Below, one piece after another: positions 1 through 14,665 of a stretch of 64,000 nucleotides of DNA. The position numbers and the translations under genes are program-made. The notes beneath the pieces were generated by a model. That model had not been told where the DNA came from and ran no database searches. It saw only the letters and a program-made list of their open reading frames with translations. Source of the DNA: the human T2T-CHM13v2.0 reference genome, Homo sapiens; NCBI RefSeq assembly GCF_009914755.1, contig NC_060936.1; one strand, written 5' to 3'. How positions within the stretch are numbered: position 1 is the first letter of the stretch; every line of letters begins with the position of its first letter.

Positions 1-2413
1 ACTATACAAACATTTATAGTGTAGTCTCCTTGCTTGATGACATACTAAGTAATCATAACAAATCCCACTCTATTATATCCCATATAGATGTTTATATAAT
101 GTATTGATTCTTCAGTGTTCTTAGAATGATAAAGAGATAGGGATAAATAAATTTTTGTGTGGGTACACATTTGTATGTGTCTCTATTCTGTCATCTTTTG
201 TGACTATCTTCTGGTGGTAAAATAACATTTCCAAGCATAGAGTTGAAAGAACCATGGACTTGAATTCAGGTCATATCAGAGTTAAATTCAAGGTCGACAC
301 TTTAAAACTGTGTGATACATTCCTATGTTTTATAATCCTCAAGTTTCATTTGTAACATAAAGTTAATAATGCCTGTTTGATGAAGAAGAGTTTTTAGATT
401 TTAAATAGATTTACTCTCATTTGTTTTTTGATAGACACATAATTGTTTGCATTTATAGAGTACATATTGATATTTCAATACATACAATGTAAAGTGATCA
501 AGTCAAGGTAATTAGCATATCAATCATCTCAAACATTTATCAATTTTTGTGTTGGGAAGATTTAATATCCTGCTTCTAGCCCTTTGAAAATATAAAATAT
601 ATCATTGTTAACTACAGTAACCCTACAGTGCTATAGAACACTAGAACTTATTCCTCATATCTAGCTATAATTTTACACCATGTAACAAATCTTTCTATTC
701 CCCTTTCCCCATATACTTCCCAGACTCTAGCACTTTCTGTTCTACTTTTTATCTCTATGAAACAACACTTTTAGCTTCAAAATATGAGTGAGAACATGCA
801 GGGTTTAAGTTTCTGTGACTGGCTTATTTCACATGCCATAATGTCCCCCAGGTCTAACCATGTTACAAAAATGACAAGATTTTATTCTTTTTTAATGGAT
901 GAATAGTAGTATTTCATTTTGTATGTATAAAAAATGTATCTGTTGGACACTTGGGTTGATGCCATAGGTTGGCTATTGTAAATAGTGTCACTATAAACAT
1001 GGGGGTGCAGATGACTCTTTGAAATACAGATATCCTTTCTTTTAGATAAATGCCCAGTAGCAGGGTTGTGGATCATACAGTAGTTCTATTTGCAGTTTTC
1101 TGAGACTCCTCCATGTTGTTCTTCAAAGTAGTTGTACTAGTTTACATTCTCACCAAGACTGTATAAGAGTTTCCTTTTCTCCACATCCTTGCTAGCATTT
1201 GTGATTTGTCTTTTTCATAATAGCTATCTTACCTGGTGTGAGATGATATCTCATTATGGTTTTGATTCACATTTTCCTAATGGTTAGTGATGTTGATAAT
1301 TTTTTCATGTATTTGTTGGCTATTTGAATGTCTTCTCTTGAGAAATATCTGCTCAGACCATTTGCCATCTTTAAATCAATTTTTTTCCTGTTGAGATAGT
1401 TGAGTTCTTTGTATATTCTGGACATTAATATTATGTGGGAAGAGGAGTTGCAAATAATTTTGCTTATTCTGGAGGTTGTCTTTTTACACTGTTGATTATT
1501 TCTATTGCTATGCAGAAGTTTTTTAGTTTGATATAATCCTGTTTGCTTATTTTTCCTTTTGTTGCCTGTGATTTTAAGGCCTTATTCATAAAATATTTTC
1601 TCAGACCAATGTCTTGAAGTGTTCTCTCTGGGTTTTCCTTTGGTAGTTTTAAAGCTTTAAGTCTTACATGTAGGTCTTTAACCCATTTTGAGTAGATTTT
1701 TGTTTCAATTAGGGTGAAAGAAGAGAGTATAGCTTTATTCTTTTGCACATAGGTATCTAGTTTTCCCAGCAACATTTATTGAAGTGACTGCCTAATGAGT
1801 GTTCTTGGTATCTCTGTCAAAAATAAGTTGGTTGTAAATAAACGGATTAATTTCTGGGTTCTCTATTCTGTTCCATTGATTTGCATATATGCTTTTCATT
1901 GGTACCACGCTGTTTTGGCTAATACAACTTTATAGTATATTTTGAAGACTCATAGTGAAATGTGTCTGGTTTTGTTCTTTTTGTTTAGGAGTAGTTATCT
2001 ATTGGGGATTTTTGTGGCTCCATATAAATTTTAGAATTTTTTAAATATATGTAAAATATGCCATTGGCATTTTGATAATGATTGCATTGAATCTATAGGT
2101 TGCTGTGGTTAGTATGCTCATTTTAATAATATTAATTACTCAAGTCCGTGACCATGGGATGTCTTCTCATTTTTTGTGTGTCTTCTTCAGTTTCTTTCAT
2201 CGGTGTTTTACATTTTATATTTATGTCATAGAGATATTTCTTCACCTTAGTTAAATTTACTCCTAGGAATTGTTTATAGCTGTTATATGTGGAATTGTTT
2301 CCTATTTTTTTTTAGCTAGTTCATTGTTTATGTATAGAAAGGCTGCTGATTTTTGTATGTTGATTTGTATCCTGAGACTTTACTGAATTTGTTTATTAGT
2401 TCTACGTGGTTTT

Positions 2414-2438
2414 GTGTGTGTGTGTGTGTGTGTGTGTG
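2414..2438. repeat. (TG)n microsatellite
   Basis: Direct reading. Confidence 0.95.
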
Positions 2439-3433
2439 TTACAGCTTTTAGGTTTTTCTATATATAAGGTAATGTCATCTGCAAACACAGATAATTGTAC
2501 TTTCTCTTGTCTAATTTGAATGCCCTTTATTTCTTTCTCTTGCCTAATTGCTCTGGCTAGAATCTTCAGTGTTGTGTTGAACAAGAGAGGTGACAGTGGG
2601 CATCTTTGTTTTGTTCCAGTTCTTAGAAGAAAAGCTTTCAGATTTTTTTTTTTCCATTTAGTATGATGTTAGCTGTGGGTTCATTATATATGGCCTACCC
2701 TCATTGTGTTGAGTCACTTTCTTTCTAAACTCAGATTATTGAGAGTATTTATCATGGAGAAAGGTTGAATTTTTTCAAATGCCTTTCTGTGTCTATTGAA
2801 ATGATCACACGATTTTTATTCTTCATTTTGTGGATGTGATGTATCGCATTTTTTGTGCCTTTATATAACTGGTATCAGGATTATGTTGGCCTTTCAGAAT
2901 GAGTTTGGAAGAATTCCCTCCCATTCAAATGTCTGTAATAATTTTAGAAGAATTTGTAGTAATTATTTTTTAAAAGTTTGGTAGAATTTAGTGGTGAAGC
3001 CATCTACTACTGAACTTTTCTTTTTTGGAAAGTTTGTTTTTTCTTTTATTACTGTTCAACCTTGTCATTAATTATTCGTCTGTTCAGAATTTCTATTTCT
3101 TCTTGGTTCAATATTGGTAGTTTGTATGTGTCCAGGAAGTTATCTATTGTTCTCTTGGTTTTCAAATTTATTGGCATGTAGTTATTTGTAACAGTCTTTA
3201 ATGATCCATTGTAGTTCTGTGGTATCAGTTGTAATGTCTTCTTTTTTATATCTGGTTTTATTTGTTTGAGTCTTATCTATTGTTTTCTTAATTAGTTTAG
3301 CTAATAGTTTTTGGATTTTGTTTATCTTTACAAAGCTAACTTTTTGTTTTCATAATCTTTTCTCATATTTTTAGTCTCAATTTTGTTAACGTCTGCTCCA
3401 ATCCTCATTATTTCTTTAGTTCTAATTTGGAGG

Positions 3434-6400
3434 TTTTTTTTTTTTTTTTTTCAATTTGTATTTTAAGTTCAGGGGCACATGTGCAGTATGTACAGGTTTG
3501 TTACATAGGTAAATGTGTGTCGTGTTTGTTCGCTGAACAGATCATTCCATTACATAGGTATTAAGCCCAGCATGCATTAGCTGTTCTTCCTGATGCATAT
3601 CCTCCTCATAACTGCAACCCCACGTGGCAACAGACCACAGTGTTGGTTGTTCCCCACAATGTTTCCATGTGTTTTCATCATTCAGCTCCCACTTATAATT
3701 AAGAACACGTGGTGTATGGTTTTCTGTTCCTGTGTTAGATTGCTGAGGATAATGGCTTCCAATTCCATCCATGTCCCTGCAAAGAACATGATCTCATTCT
3801 TTATTATGGCTGCATAGTCATGGTGTATATGTACCACCTTTTTTATATCCAGTCTATCTTTGATGGGCCTTTAGGTTGATTCCTTGTCTTTGATATTGTG
3901 AATAGTTGTGTGCATGTATCTTTATATTAGAATAGCTTATATTACTTTGGGTATATACCCAGTAATGGGGTTGCTGGATCAAATGGTGTTTCTGACTTTG
4001 GGTCTTTAAGAAATTGCCACACTGTCTCCCACAATGGTTGAACTAATTGACATTCCCACCAGCAGTGTAAAAGCATTCCATTTTCTATGCAAGCTCACCA
4101 GCATCTGTGGTTTCTTGACTTTTTAATAATAGCATTCTGACTGGCATGATATGGTATCTCATTGTGGTTTTGATTTGCGTTTCTCTAATGGTCAGTGATG
4201 TTGAGTTTTTTAAAATATTTTTGTTGGCTGCATGTATGTTTTCTTTTGAAAAGTGTCTGTTCATGTTCATTTCTCACTTTTTAATTCAGTTGTTTTTTTT
4301 TCTGGAAAAATTTGTTTAAGTTTCTTGTAGACTCTGGATATTAGACCTTTTTCAGATGGATAGATTGCAAAAGTTTTCTCCCATTCTCTAGGTTGCCTGT
4401 ATTCTCTGATGATAGTTTATTTTGCAGAAGCTCTTTAGTTTAATTAGATCACATTTGTCAATTTTTGCTTCTGTTGCAATTGTTTATGGTGTTGTTGTTA
4501 GGAAAAATTTGTTTGTGCCTATGTCCTGAATGGTATTGCCTGGATTTTCTTCTAGGGTTTTTACAGTTTGGGATTTTACATTTAAGTCTTTAATCCATGT
4601 TGAGTTAATTTTTATATATGGTGTAAGAAAGCAGTCCAGTTTTAATCTTCTGCATATGGCTAGCAGTTACTTCAGAACCATTTACTAAAAAGGGAGTCCT
4701 TTCCGCATTGCTTGTTTTTGTCAGATGTGTCAAAGATCAGATGGTTGTAGGTGCATGATCTTATTTCTGAGTTCTCAGTTCTGTTCTCTTGGTATATATG
4801 CCTGTTCTTGTACCAGTAACAGGCTGTTTTGGTTACTGTAACCTTGTAGTATAACTTGATGTCAGGTAGTGTGATGCCTCCAGCATTGTTCTTTTTGCTT
4901 AGAATTTTCTTGGCTATTCTGGCTATTTTTTGACTTTATGTAAGTTTTAAAATAGTTATTTCTAATTCTTTGAAGAATGCAAAAATATAAATGACAGTTT
5001 AATGGGAATAGCATTGAATCTGTAAATTACTTTGGGCAGTATGGTCATTTTCACAATATTGATTCTTCCTATTCATGAGCATGGAATGTTTCTCATTTGT
5101 CATGTCCCCTCTGATTTCTTTGAGCAGTGATTTGTAGCTCTCATTGAAACGGTCCTTCACTTCCGTTATTAGCTGTATTCCTAGGTATTTTATTCTTTTG
5201 TAGAAATTGTGAATGTGAGTTCAATCATAATTTGGCTCTTGGCTTGTCTGTTTTTGGTATATAGGAATGCAAGTGATTTTGCATATTGATTTTGTATCCT
5301 GGACTTTGCTGAACATGCTTAACAGCTTAAGAAGTTTTGGGCTGAGACAATGGGATTTTCTGGATGTAGAATCAAGTCATCTGCAAATAAAGATAATTTG
5401 ATTCCCTCTCTTCGTATCCAAATAGGTTTTATTTATTTCTCTTGCCTGATTTCCCTAGCCAGAACTTCTGATACTATGTTGAATAGGAGTGATGAGAAAG
5501 GATATCCTTGTTTTGTGCTGGTTCTCAAGGAGAATGCTTCCAGCTTTTGCCCATTCAGTATGCTATTGACTGAGTTTGTCATATATGACACTTATTATTT
5601 TGGAGTATGTTTTTTCAATAACTAGTTTATTGAGAGTTTTTAACATGAAGGGATGTTGAATTTTATCAAAGGCCTTTTCTGCCTCTATTGTGATAATCAT
5701 GTGGTTTTTGCCTTTAGTTCTGTTTATGTAATGAATCACATTTATGGATTTGTGTATGTTGAACCAACCTTTCATTCCAGGGATAAAGCCAACTTAATTG
5801 TGTTGGATACATTTTTTATTGTGCTGCTGGATTCAGTTTGCCACTATTTTATTGAGGACTTTTCCATCGATGTTTATCAAGGATGCTAACTCAATATTTC
5901 ATTTTTTTCTTGTATCTCTGCCATGTTTTTGGTATCAAGATGAAGCTGGCCTGATAGAATGAGTTAGGAAGTAGTTCTTTCTTTTCAAATATTTGGAACA
6001 GTTTCAGTAGAAATGATGCCAGCTCTTTTTTGTACCTCGTGTAGAATTCAGTTGTGAATCAATCTGGTCCTGGGCTTTTTGGGGTTGGTAGGCTATTATT
6101 ACTGTTTCAATGTCAGAACTTGTTATGGTCTATACAGGTATTCAATTTCTTCCTGTTTCAGTCTTGAGAGGGTCTATGTGTCCAAAATGTATCCATTTCT
6201 TTTAGATTTTCTAGTTTATGTGCATAGAGGTGTTCATAGTGTTCTCTGATGGTTGTCTGTATTTCTGTGAGGTCAGTGGTGATATCCCCTTATCATTTCT
6301 GATTGTGTTTATTTGACTTTTTTCTCTTTTCTTATTTGTGAGTCTAGCTAGCAGTCTATCTTACTTTTTTTTTTTTTTTCAAAAATATTGTTCCTGGATT

Positions 6401-9400
6401 TGTTGATTTTTTGAAGGCTCTTTTGTATCCCTAACTTCTTCAGTTCAGCTCTGATCAGCTTTGGGGTTCATTTGCTCTTGGTTCTCTAGTTCTTTTAATT
6501 GAAATGTTAGGTTGTTAATGAGAATTTTCCAGCTTTTTGATGGGGGCATTTAGTGCTATACATTCAGCTGCAGCCCAGAGATTCTGGTATGTTGTCTCTT
6601 TGTTCTCATGACTTTCAAAGAACTTCTTGATTTCTGCCTTAATTTCATTAGTTACCCAGGAGTCACGCAGGAGCAGATTGTTCGATTTCCATGTAGTTGT
6701 GTGGTTTTGAGTGAGTTTCTTAATCTTGGGTTCTAATTTGATTGTGCTGTGGTCTGAGAGACTGTTATAATTTCAGTTCTTTTGCATTTGCTGAGGAGTG
6801 TTTTACTTCTGATTATGCGGCCAATTTTAGAGTAAGTGCCATGTGGCAATGAGAAAAATGTATATTCTATTGTTTTGGGGCGGAGAGTTCTGTAGATATC
6901 TATTAGGCACTCTTGATCCAGGGCTGAGTTCAAATCCTGCATATCCTTGTTAATTTTCTGTGTCATTTATTTGTCTAATATTGTCAGTAGGGTGTTAAAA
7001 TCTCCCAATATTATTGTGTGGGAGTCTAAGTCTCTTTGTAGGTCTCTAAGAATTTGCTTTACTCATCTGGGTTCTCCTGTATTAGGTGCATATATATTTA
7101 GGATAGTTAGCTTTTCTTGTTGAATTGAACACTTTACCATTATGTAATGTCCTTCTTTGTATTTTTTTTATGTTTGTTGATTTAGTTTGTTTTGTCAAAC
7201 TAGTATTTCAACCCCTGTTTTTTTCTCTTTTTCTGCTTTCCATTTACTTGGTAAATTTTCCTCTGTCCCTTTATTTTGAACTTGTGCACATCTTTGCAAA
7301 TGAGCTGTGTCTTTTGAAGACAGCATACCAGTCAGTCTTGGATCTTTATCCAGCTTGTTATTCTGTGTCTTTTAATTGGGACATTTAGCCTATTTACATT
7401 TAAATTTAGTATTGTTATGTGTTAATTTGATCCTGTCATCATGATGCTGGCTGATTATTTTGCAGAATTGTTCATGTAATTGCTTCATAGTGTCATTTGT
7501 CTGTGTACTCCAGGGTGTTTTTGTAGTGGCTGGTAAAGGTTTTTCCTTTCCATACTTAGTGCTTCTTTCAGGCACTCTTGCAATACAGGCCTGGTGGTGA
7601 TGGATTCCCTCAGCATTTGCTTGTCTGAAAAGAATCTTCATTTTTGAAGCTTAGCTTGACAGGATATAAAATTCTGGGTTGTAAATTCTTTTCTTTAAGA
7701 ATGTTGAATATTGGCCCCAATCTCTTCTGGCTCATAGGGTTTCCACTGAGAGGTCCATTGTTAGTCTGATGGGCTTCCCTTTGTAGGTGACTTAACCTTT
7801 CTTTCAGGCTGTGCTTAACATTTTTTCTTTCATTTTGACCTGGGAAAATCTGATGATTTTGTGTCTTGGGTTTGATCTGCTCATGGAGTATCTCACTGGA
7901 GTTCTCTACTTTTACTGGATTTGTATGTTAGCCTGTCTTGCTAGATTAATGAAGTTCTTCTGGATGATATCCTGAAGTATGCTTTCTAACTTAGTTTTGT
8001 TCTCCCCATCTTTTTCAGGTACTCTAATTAATTCTAGGTTTGGTCTCTTTACATAATCCCATATTTCTCAGAGGTTTTGTTCATTCTTTTTTATTCTTTT
8101 CTCTATTCTTGTCTGCCTTATTTCAGAAAGATAGTTTTTAAGCTTTGAGATTCTTTCTTCCACTTGGTCTGTCCTGCTATTGACACTTGTGATTGCATTA
8201 TGAAGTTCTCAATTTGTGTTTTTAGCTCCATCAGGTTGGTTATGTTTCTGTCTAAACTGGCTCTTCTGGCTTTCAGCTTCTGTATTCTATTATGGTTATT
8301 GGCTTCTTTGCATTGGGTTACAGTATGATCCTTTAGCTCAGTGAAGTTTGTTATTTACACACCTTCTGAAGCCTACTTCTGTTACTTTAGATATCTTATC
8401 CTCAGCCTTGTTCTTTGCCCTTGCTGGAGAGGTGTTGCAGTCATTTGAAGGAGAGGAGGCACTCTGGAATTTTGAGTTTTCAGTATTTTTGCATTCATTC
8501 TTTCTCATCTTTGTGGGCTTATCTACCTTCAATCTTTGAGGCTGCTGACCTTTGAATGGGGTTTTGTGGGGTATTTTTTTTTTTGATGTTGATGTTTTGT
8601 TTGTTTTTCTTTTAACAGGCCACTCTTCCATAAGGCTGATGAAGTTTGCTTGGGGTCTCGTCCAGACCCTAGTTGCTTCAGTATTTCTCACACCTGGAGG
8701 TATCACCAGTAAAGGCTATAAAACAGCAAAGATGGCATCCAGCTTTTTCCTCTGGAGGCTGTGTCCCAGGGAGATACTGACCTGTTGCTGGCCCAAATGT
8801 CCCTGTATGAGTTGACTAGAAGCCCCTATTGAGAGGCCTCACACAGTCAGGAGGAATGGACTCGGGGACCTGCTTAAAGAAGTAGTCTGGCTGCTTTTTG
8901 GTAGAGCAGGTGTGCTGCATTGAGGGGAACCCTTCCTGGTCTGGACCATTTATATTCTCCAAAGCTGGCAGGCTGGAACAACTGAGTCAACTGAACAGCA
9001 GATATGGTGGCTGTCCCTCCCCCTGGGAGCTTCATCCCAGGAAGAGATTAGAGCTCTATCCTAGAACACCTGCTGGAGTAGCTGAAGCCCCATAGGGAAG
9101 TCCCACACAATGAGGAGGAATGGATCAGGGTCTCACTGAAAAAGCAGTCTGGCAACAATCTGGCAAGGCAGCTGGCTGTGTTGTGGGAGACCCTTTCTCA
9201 TCCAGACCATTTGTATTCTCCAAAGCCAGCCGTCTGGGATGACTGAGTCTACTGAACTACAGAGACGGTGGCCACTCCTTCCTTAGGGCTTTGTTCCAGG
9301 GAGAGATCAGAGTTCTGTCCATAAAACCCTAGCTGGAGTGGCTGAAGCCTCCACAGGGAGGTACCACCCAGTATAGAGAAATGGATTGGGGTCCCGCTTA

Positions 9401-10165
9401 AAGAAGCCATCTGGCTATGATCTGGTAAGGCAGCTGTACTGCATTGTCGGGGACCCTTCCTTGTCTGGATCATTTGTAGTCTCCAAAGCCAGCAGGCTGG
9501 AATGGCTGAGTCTATCAAATTGCAGAGATAGATGGTGGCTGCCCTTCTCCAGAGAAACTCAGACCCCTCTCAGGCAAATTCCAGGCTGTTGTCATTGGCT
9601 GGCTGAAATTCCAAGCCAGTGGGTCTTAACTTGTGAGTTGCCATGGAAGTGGGGCCCACAGAAAAATCCTGCTTGGATCCCTAGAGTCAGCCTCCTTTCT
9701 AGGGATATGAGTGGATGGATTTCCTGCCTTGCTGGGGATTTCTGGGCTGGAGTATATAAAAGTCCTGGGTCTCTGTGTGTGCCTGAGCAGCTGCTCTGTA
9801 AAGACTCCACGCAGCTGTGTGTATCAAACCCAAGGCCCTCCCTGGTGGTGTGGGTTCACGAGGGTATTTCCTGATCTGCTGGTTTCAAAGATCCATGGGA
9901 CAAGCACGGTTTCCCAGTGAGGGTCTCACAATCATACACTACTTCCCTTGGCTGGCAGGGGGTGTTCCTTTGGCTCTGTGCCACTCCCTGGTAGGCCATC
10001 GCTGCCCCTTCCCCCCACTTTTCTTCATTCTCCATTGGTAAAGTTGTTTGTCTAGTCAATTCCAATGTGAGAACCTGGATAATTTAGTTGTAAGTGCTGA
10101 ACTGTTGTGCCACTTTTCATTCTTCCCCATTAGTGCAGCTGCTTCTAATTGGCCGTCTTGAATCA
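3434..10165 (-). mobile_element. Full-length L1PA (L1PA11-13-like), inactive
   Basis: Poly-T at 3434-3451 and L1PA 3'UTR. RT remnant (ORF 5563-5775, [22 protein letters not shown]), EN remnant (ORF 6733-6966, DIYRTL...TFFS...TYSKI), ORF1 N-terminus (ORF 8338-8706, MRKNECKNTENSK). 5' end gcagctgcttctaattggccgtcttg at ~10135-10160. Frames are broken by stops and indels. Confidence 0.92.
8851..9560 (-). repeat. ~260-bp degenerate tandem repeat (about 2.7 units) within the L1PA 5'UTR
   Basis: Recurring gaggaatgga...aagcagtctgg...acccttcc...tctccaaagc...ctgagtc units starting near 8851, 9113 and 9373. Confidence 0.85.
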
Positions 10166-10499
10166 ATCCAGTTTGTTCATACTTTCCTAGCTCCTGAAGG
10201 GAAATTGTTAGGTTCCTTATTTGAAATCTTTCAACTTTTCTGATGTAGGCATTTATTGCTGTAAATTTGTCTCCTAATACTGTATTTGCTGTAGTTTATG
10301 GATTTTGGTATGCTGTATTTCTATTTTCATTTGTTTCAAGGAATTTTAACATTTTCTTCTGAGTTTTTTTCTTCACTTATTGGTCATTCGTGAGCATGTT
10401 GTTTAATTTCTATGTATTTTCATACTTTCAAATGTTTCTTTTTAAATTAGCTTTTTAGTTTTATTCTATTGTGTTCAGATAAAATATTACATATAATTT

Positions 10500-13030
10500 A
10501 TTTCTTATTCAAATTTTAGTTTAGATTCAGTTAGTATGTGTATAGGTGTATTACCTGGGTATATTACATAATGCTGAGGTTTGAGGTATGAATGACTACA
10601 TCACCTACATACTGAGCATAGTAACCAGTAGTTTTTCAATGCTTGACCCCTTCCCTTCATCCTCCCTATAATAGTTCCCAGTTACTATTGTTGCCATCTT
10701 TATATTTATGAATACCCAAAATTTAGCTCCCACTTGTAAGTGAGAACATGTGGTATTTGGTTTTATTTTCTTTTTTAATAATTGAAGTATGTTGTATTTA
10801 ATTTTAGTAACAATAGCAGCAACTTTCAAATGTTGACAGATATCTCTAGAAATCATACTTCTTGCAAAAAATGAAACTATACAGATGCAAAACTTCCCAG
10901 GTGTGTTGTTTATATTTTACAGTCTGAAGAATGACAAATACTTGAAGATATTTTTGAATCTAATAATAAATTCTGAGAAATAAAAGCGAACACTTATTTT
11001 TCTTAAATTAAAAGGGTTGAAATACTTCTTAAATAATTAGGTATTTGGTTTTCTTTTCCTGTGTTATTTCGTTTGGATGATGGTGTCCAACCACATTTAA
11101 GTTGCTGCAAAAGACATGATTTCATTATTTTTATGGCTGCTTAGTATTCAGTGTTGTCAGTGCCACATTTTCTTTATCCAATCCATCATTGATGGGCACC
11201 AAGCTTGATTCCATTTTCTTGCTATTATGAATAGTGCTGCAATGAAAATGTGAGTGCACGTGTCTGTTTGGTAGAATGATTTGTTTTCCTTTTTCTATAT
11301 ACCTAGTAAAGGGAGTGCTGTGTTAAATGGTAGTTCTGTTTGAAGTTATTTGAGAAATCTCCAAACTTATTTCCACAGTGGCTGAACTAATTTACATTTC
11401 AACCAACAGCATATAAGTGTCCATTTTTCTCTGCAGCCTTGCCAGCATCTGTTGTGTTTTGACTTTTTAGTAATACCCATTCTGACTGGTGTGAGATGGT
11501 ATCTAATTCTAGTTTTGATTTGCATTTCTCTGGTGATTAGTAATAGGCAGCATGTTTTCACATTTAATGACCACTTGTATGTCTTCTTTTGAGAAGTATC
11601 CGTTCATTTATTTTGCCCATTTGTAGTGGAATTATTTGGTGTTTGCTTATCCAATTGTTTAAGTTCCTTATAGATTCCTTAGACCTTTGTCAGCTGCATA
11701 GTTTGCACCTATTTTCACCTATTCTGTATGTTGTATGTTTCCTCTGTTGATTGTTTCTTTTCCTGTGCAGAAGCTCTTTAGTTTAATTAGGTCTTACCTG
11801 TCAATTTTTTGTTTTTGTTGCAATTGATTTTGAAGACTAATGCATAAATTATTTCCCAAGGCCCATGCCCCAAATGATGCTTTCCAAGTTTTATTATAGG
11901 ATAATTATAGTTTGAGATTTTACATTTAAATATTTAATTCATCTTGAGTTAATTTTTGGATATGGCAAAAAGTGTGATTCCAATTCCATTCTTCTACATA
12001 TGGCTGGCCAGCTATCTCAGTATCCTGTAATTAATAGGATGCCTTCCCTCATTGCTTATTTTTGTCAACTTTGTCAAAGATTAGATAAGTTTAGGTGTGA
12101 GGCTTTATTTCTGGGTTCTGTATTCTTTTACATTAATCTTTGTGTCTGCTGTTTGTAACAGTACCCTGTTGTTTTAATTACTGCAGCCTCGTTATAATTT
12201 GAAGTCAGATACTGGGATGCTTCTGGCTTTATTATTTTTACTTAGGCTAGCTTTGGCTATTTAGGTCTTTTTGGTTCCATATGAATTTTAGAATAGATTT
12301 TTCTAGTTTTGTGAATAATGACATTGGTAGTTTGATAGAAATAGCATTAAGTCTGTAGATTGCTTTGGGCAGTATGGTCATTTAAAGAATATTAATTCTT
12401 TCAATTCATAAACATTTAAAGTTTTTCCATTGATTTTGTCATATATAATTCCTTTTAACACTGTTTTGTAGTTTTCCTTGAGATCCTTCTCATTAGGTTA
12501 GCTGTATTCTTAGCTATTTTATTTTGGGGAGTGGCTATTGTAAATGTGATTGTGTTCTTTATTTGGTTCTCAGCTTGAATGGCTGACTTTGTAAGTGCCT
12601 TGATTAAAAATGATGTCCTGCCCTCAGCCCTGTGTCTGGGAAAACGTTTACAGCTTTTCCCATTGTGTTTCCCTCACAGTGTCTCCAAACCTCACTCCAT
12701 GTTAAATACAGAGTTTAGAAGAAACAAAGTGCTCTCTCTCAGCTTGGGTTGGTCAGATTCCTAGTGGAAAGTTAAGTTACAGAGGGTGGCTCTCTACCTC
12801 TCTAATGTGCTGGGACTTCACTCACTTTTATCAGCCAGATACCATCATGGGGGTTTGTGCTGACATTCTCCTCCCTGGGATCTGGGGTACCCTTCATCAT
12901 TCCAGCTGATTCCTATTTACCTTCCTGAATTAAAGCTCACAGAGTTTATCTTTATGTATTATCTAGCTACTTCCAAGTGGCTGAGGCACACTAAACGTTT
13001 CTAGTCTGCCATCTTGGGAAAACAAAACAA
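10500..13030 (-). mobile_element. L1PA16-like element with large internal deletion (3'UTR plus ORF2 tail joined to ~440 bp of 5'UTR)
   Basis: L1PA16-type 3'UTR at 10510-10760, ORF2 3' part to ~12580, then 5'UTR ending ctagtctgccatcttgg at ~13017. Host L1MA resumes at ~13040. Confidence 0.8.
10765..11039 (-). pseudogene. Short processed retrocopy or orphan transduction of an unidentified polyadenylated RNA 3' end
   Basis: 13-bp direct repeat ggtatttggtttt at 10752-10764 and 11040-11052. T-rich tail at 10765-10776. ATTAAA on the minus strand at 10797-10802. Body not recognisable as a repeat. Confidence 0.75.
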
Positions 13031-13386
13031 AACAAATCAATTTAATTTTTTTTTTTCAAAACCATGTATTGTGTCCCAACATATAATTTGTCCTGAAGAA
13101 TGTAATATGTTCTGTTGGAAAAAATATGTATTCTACAGTATTGGATTAAATATTCTGTCCATGGCTGATAGGTCCATTTGATCTATTGTTCAGTTTAAAT
13201 AATGTTTCTTTGTTGATTTTTTTATCTAAATGATTTGTCCACTGCTGAGAATAGGGTGTCGAAGTCCCCAACAATTATTGCATTGTGTTTATATCTCCTT
13301 TTAGATTCAATATTAGTTATATATCTGAGTGTTCCAGTGTTGAGTGTACATATGTTTATAATTGTTATATCATTTTGCTGAAATAA

Positions 13387-13762
<376 letters not shown>

Positions 13763-14522
13763 TGAGGAATTAAATCAGTTTACATTTAATGCTTTGTTGG
13801 TGTGTGAGGACATACTCTTGTCATGTTGATTGTTTTCTGTTTGGTTTGTATTGCTATTTTTTTTTTACTTTCTCTTTTAATGTTTATTTTTAAAGTTTTG
13901 TGGTTTTCTGTAGTAATTTTAGATTCTTTTATCTTTCTCCTTTCTGTGTCAGATCAGGATTTATCATTTTGCAGGTTTTCATTATCATAGTTATCATCTT
14001 TTCACTTCCAAATCTAGTGCTCCATTGAGCATCTTGTAAGGCGAGAACAGTAGTCATAAATCTTCATTTTTATCTGTTTGGGAAAAAAATATTTATCCTT
14101 CAGTTCTAAAGGATAGCGTTGTTGGTTATTGTCTTTTGCTTTTTGTTTTTTCATTCTGCAACTGGAATGTATTATTCCATTCTGTCCTAGTATGGAAGAT
14201 TTCTGCTGAGAAATGTGCTCTTAGTCTATGGACATTTTCTTATATTTGACCTGACATTTTTCTTTTGCTGTTTTTAGAATTCTTTCTTTGTCTCTATTTT
14301 TGAACATGTGACTGTAATGTGCTTTAGAGAGAATGTGTTTGTGTTGAATCTATTCAAAGGCTTCAAACTTTTTTGGATCTGCATGTCCATCTTTCTCCCA
14401 AAACTTGGTACTTTATTTAGCTATTATTATTATTATTATTTTTAATTTGTATACTTCTTCCCTTCTTGAATACCCATAATGTGAATATTTGTTCAATTGA
14501 TGGTGTTCCATAAATCCTATAG

Positions 14523-14665
14523 CCTTCCTTTCTTCTTTCTTTCCTTTCTTCTTCCCTCCCTCCCTCCCTTCCTTCCTTCCTTCCTACCTTCCCTCCTTCC
14601 CTTTCTTTCTCTCTCTCTTTTTCATTCTTTCTTTCCTTCTTTCTTTTCTTTCTTTTTTTTCCTCT
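14523..14665. repeat. CT-rich (CCTT/CTTT)n polypyrimidine low-complexity tract
   Basis: Direct reading; mirror-repeat-like tract with H-DNA potential (inference). Confidence 0.9.

Noticed and set aside
8851-9560. Spaced repeats as a CRISPR-like or novel array
   Set aside because: Contiguous ~260-bp tandem units inside an L1 5'UTR in primate DNA; no unique spacers and no cas genes
12570-12590. L1 internal deletion as a spliced L1 (SpIRE)
   Set aside because: By my recall of the consensus there is no AG acceptor immediately before the ORF2 junction; unproven without alignment.
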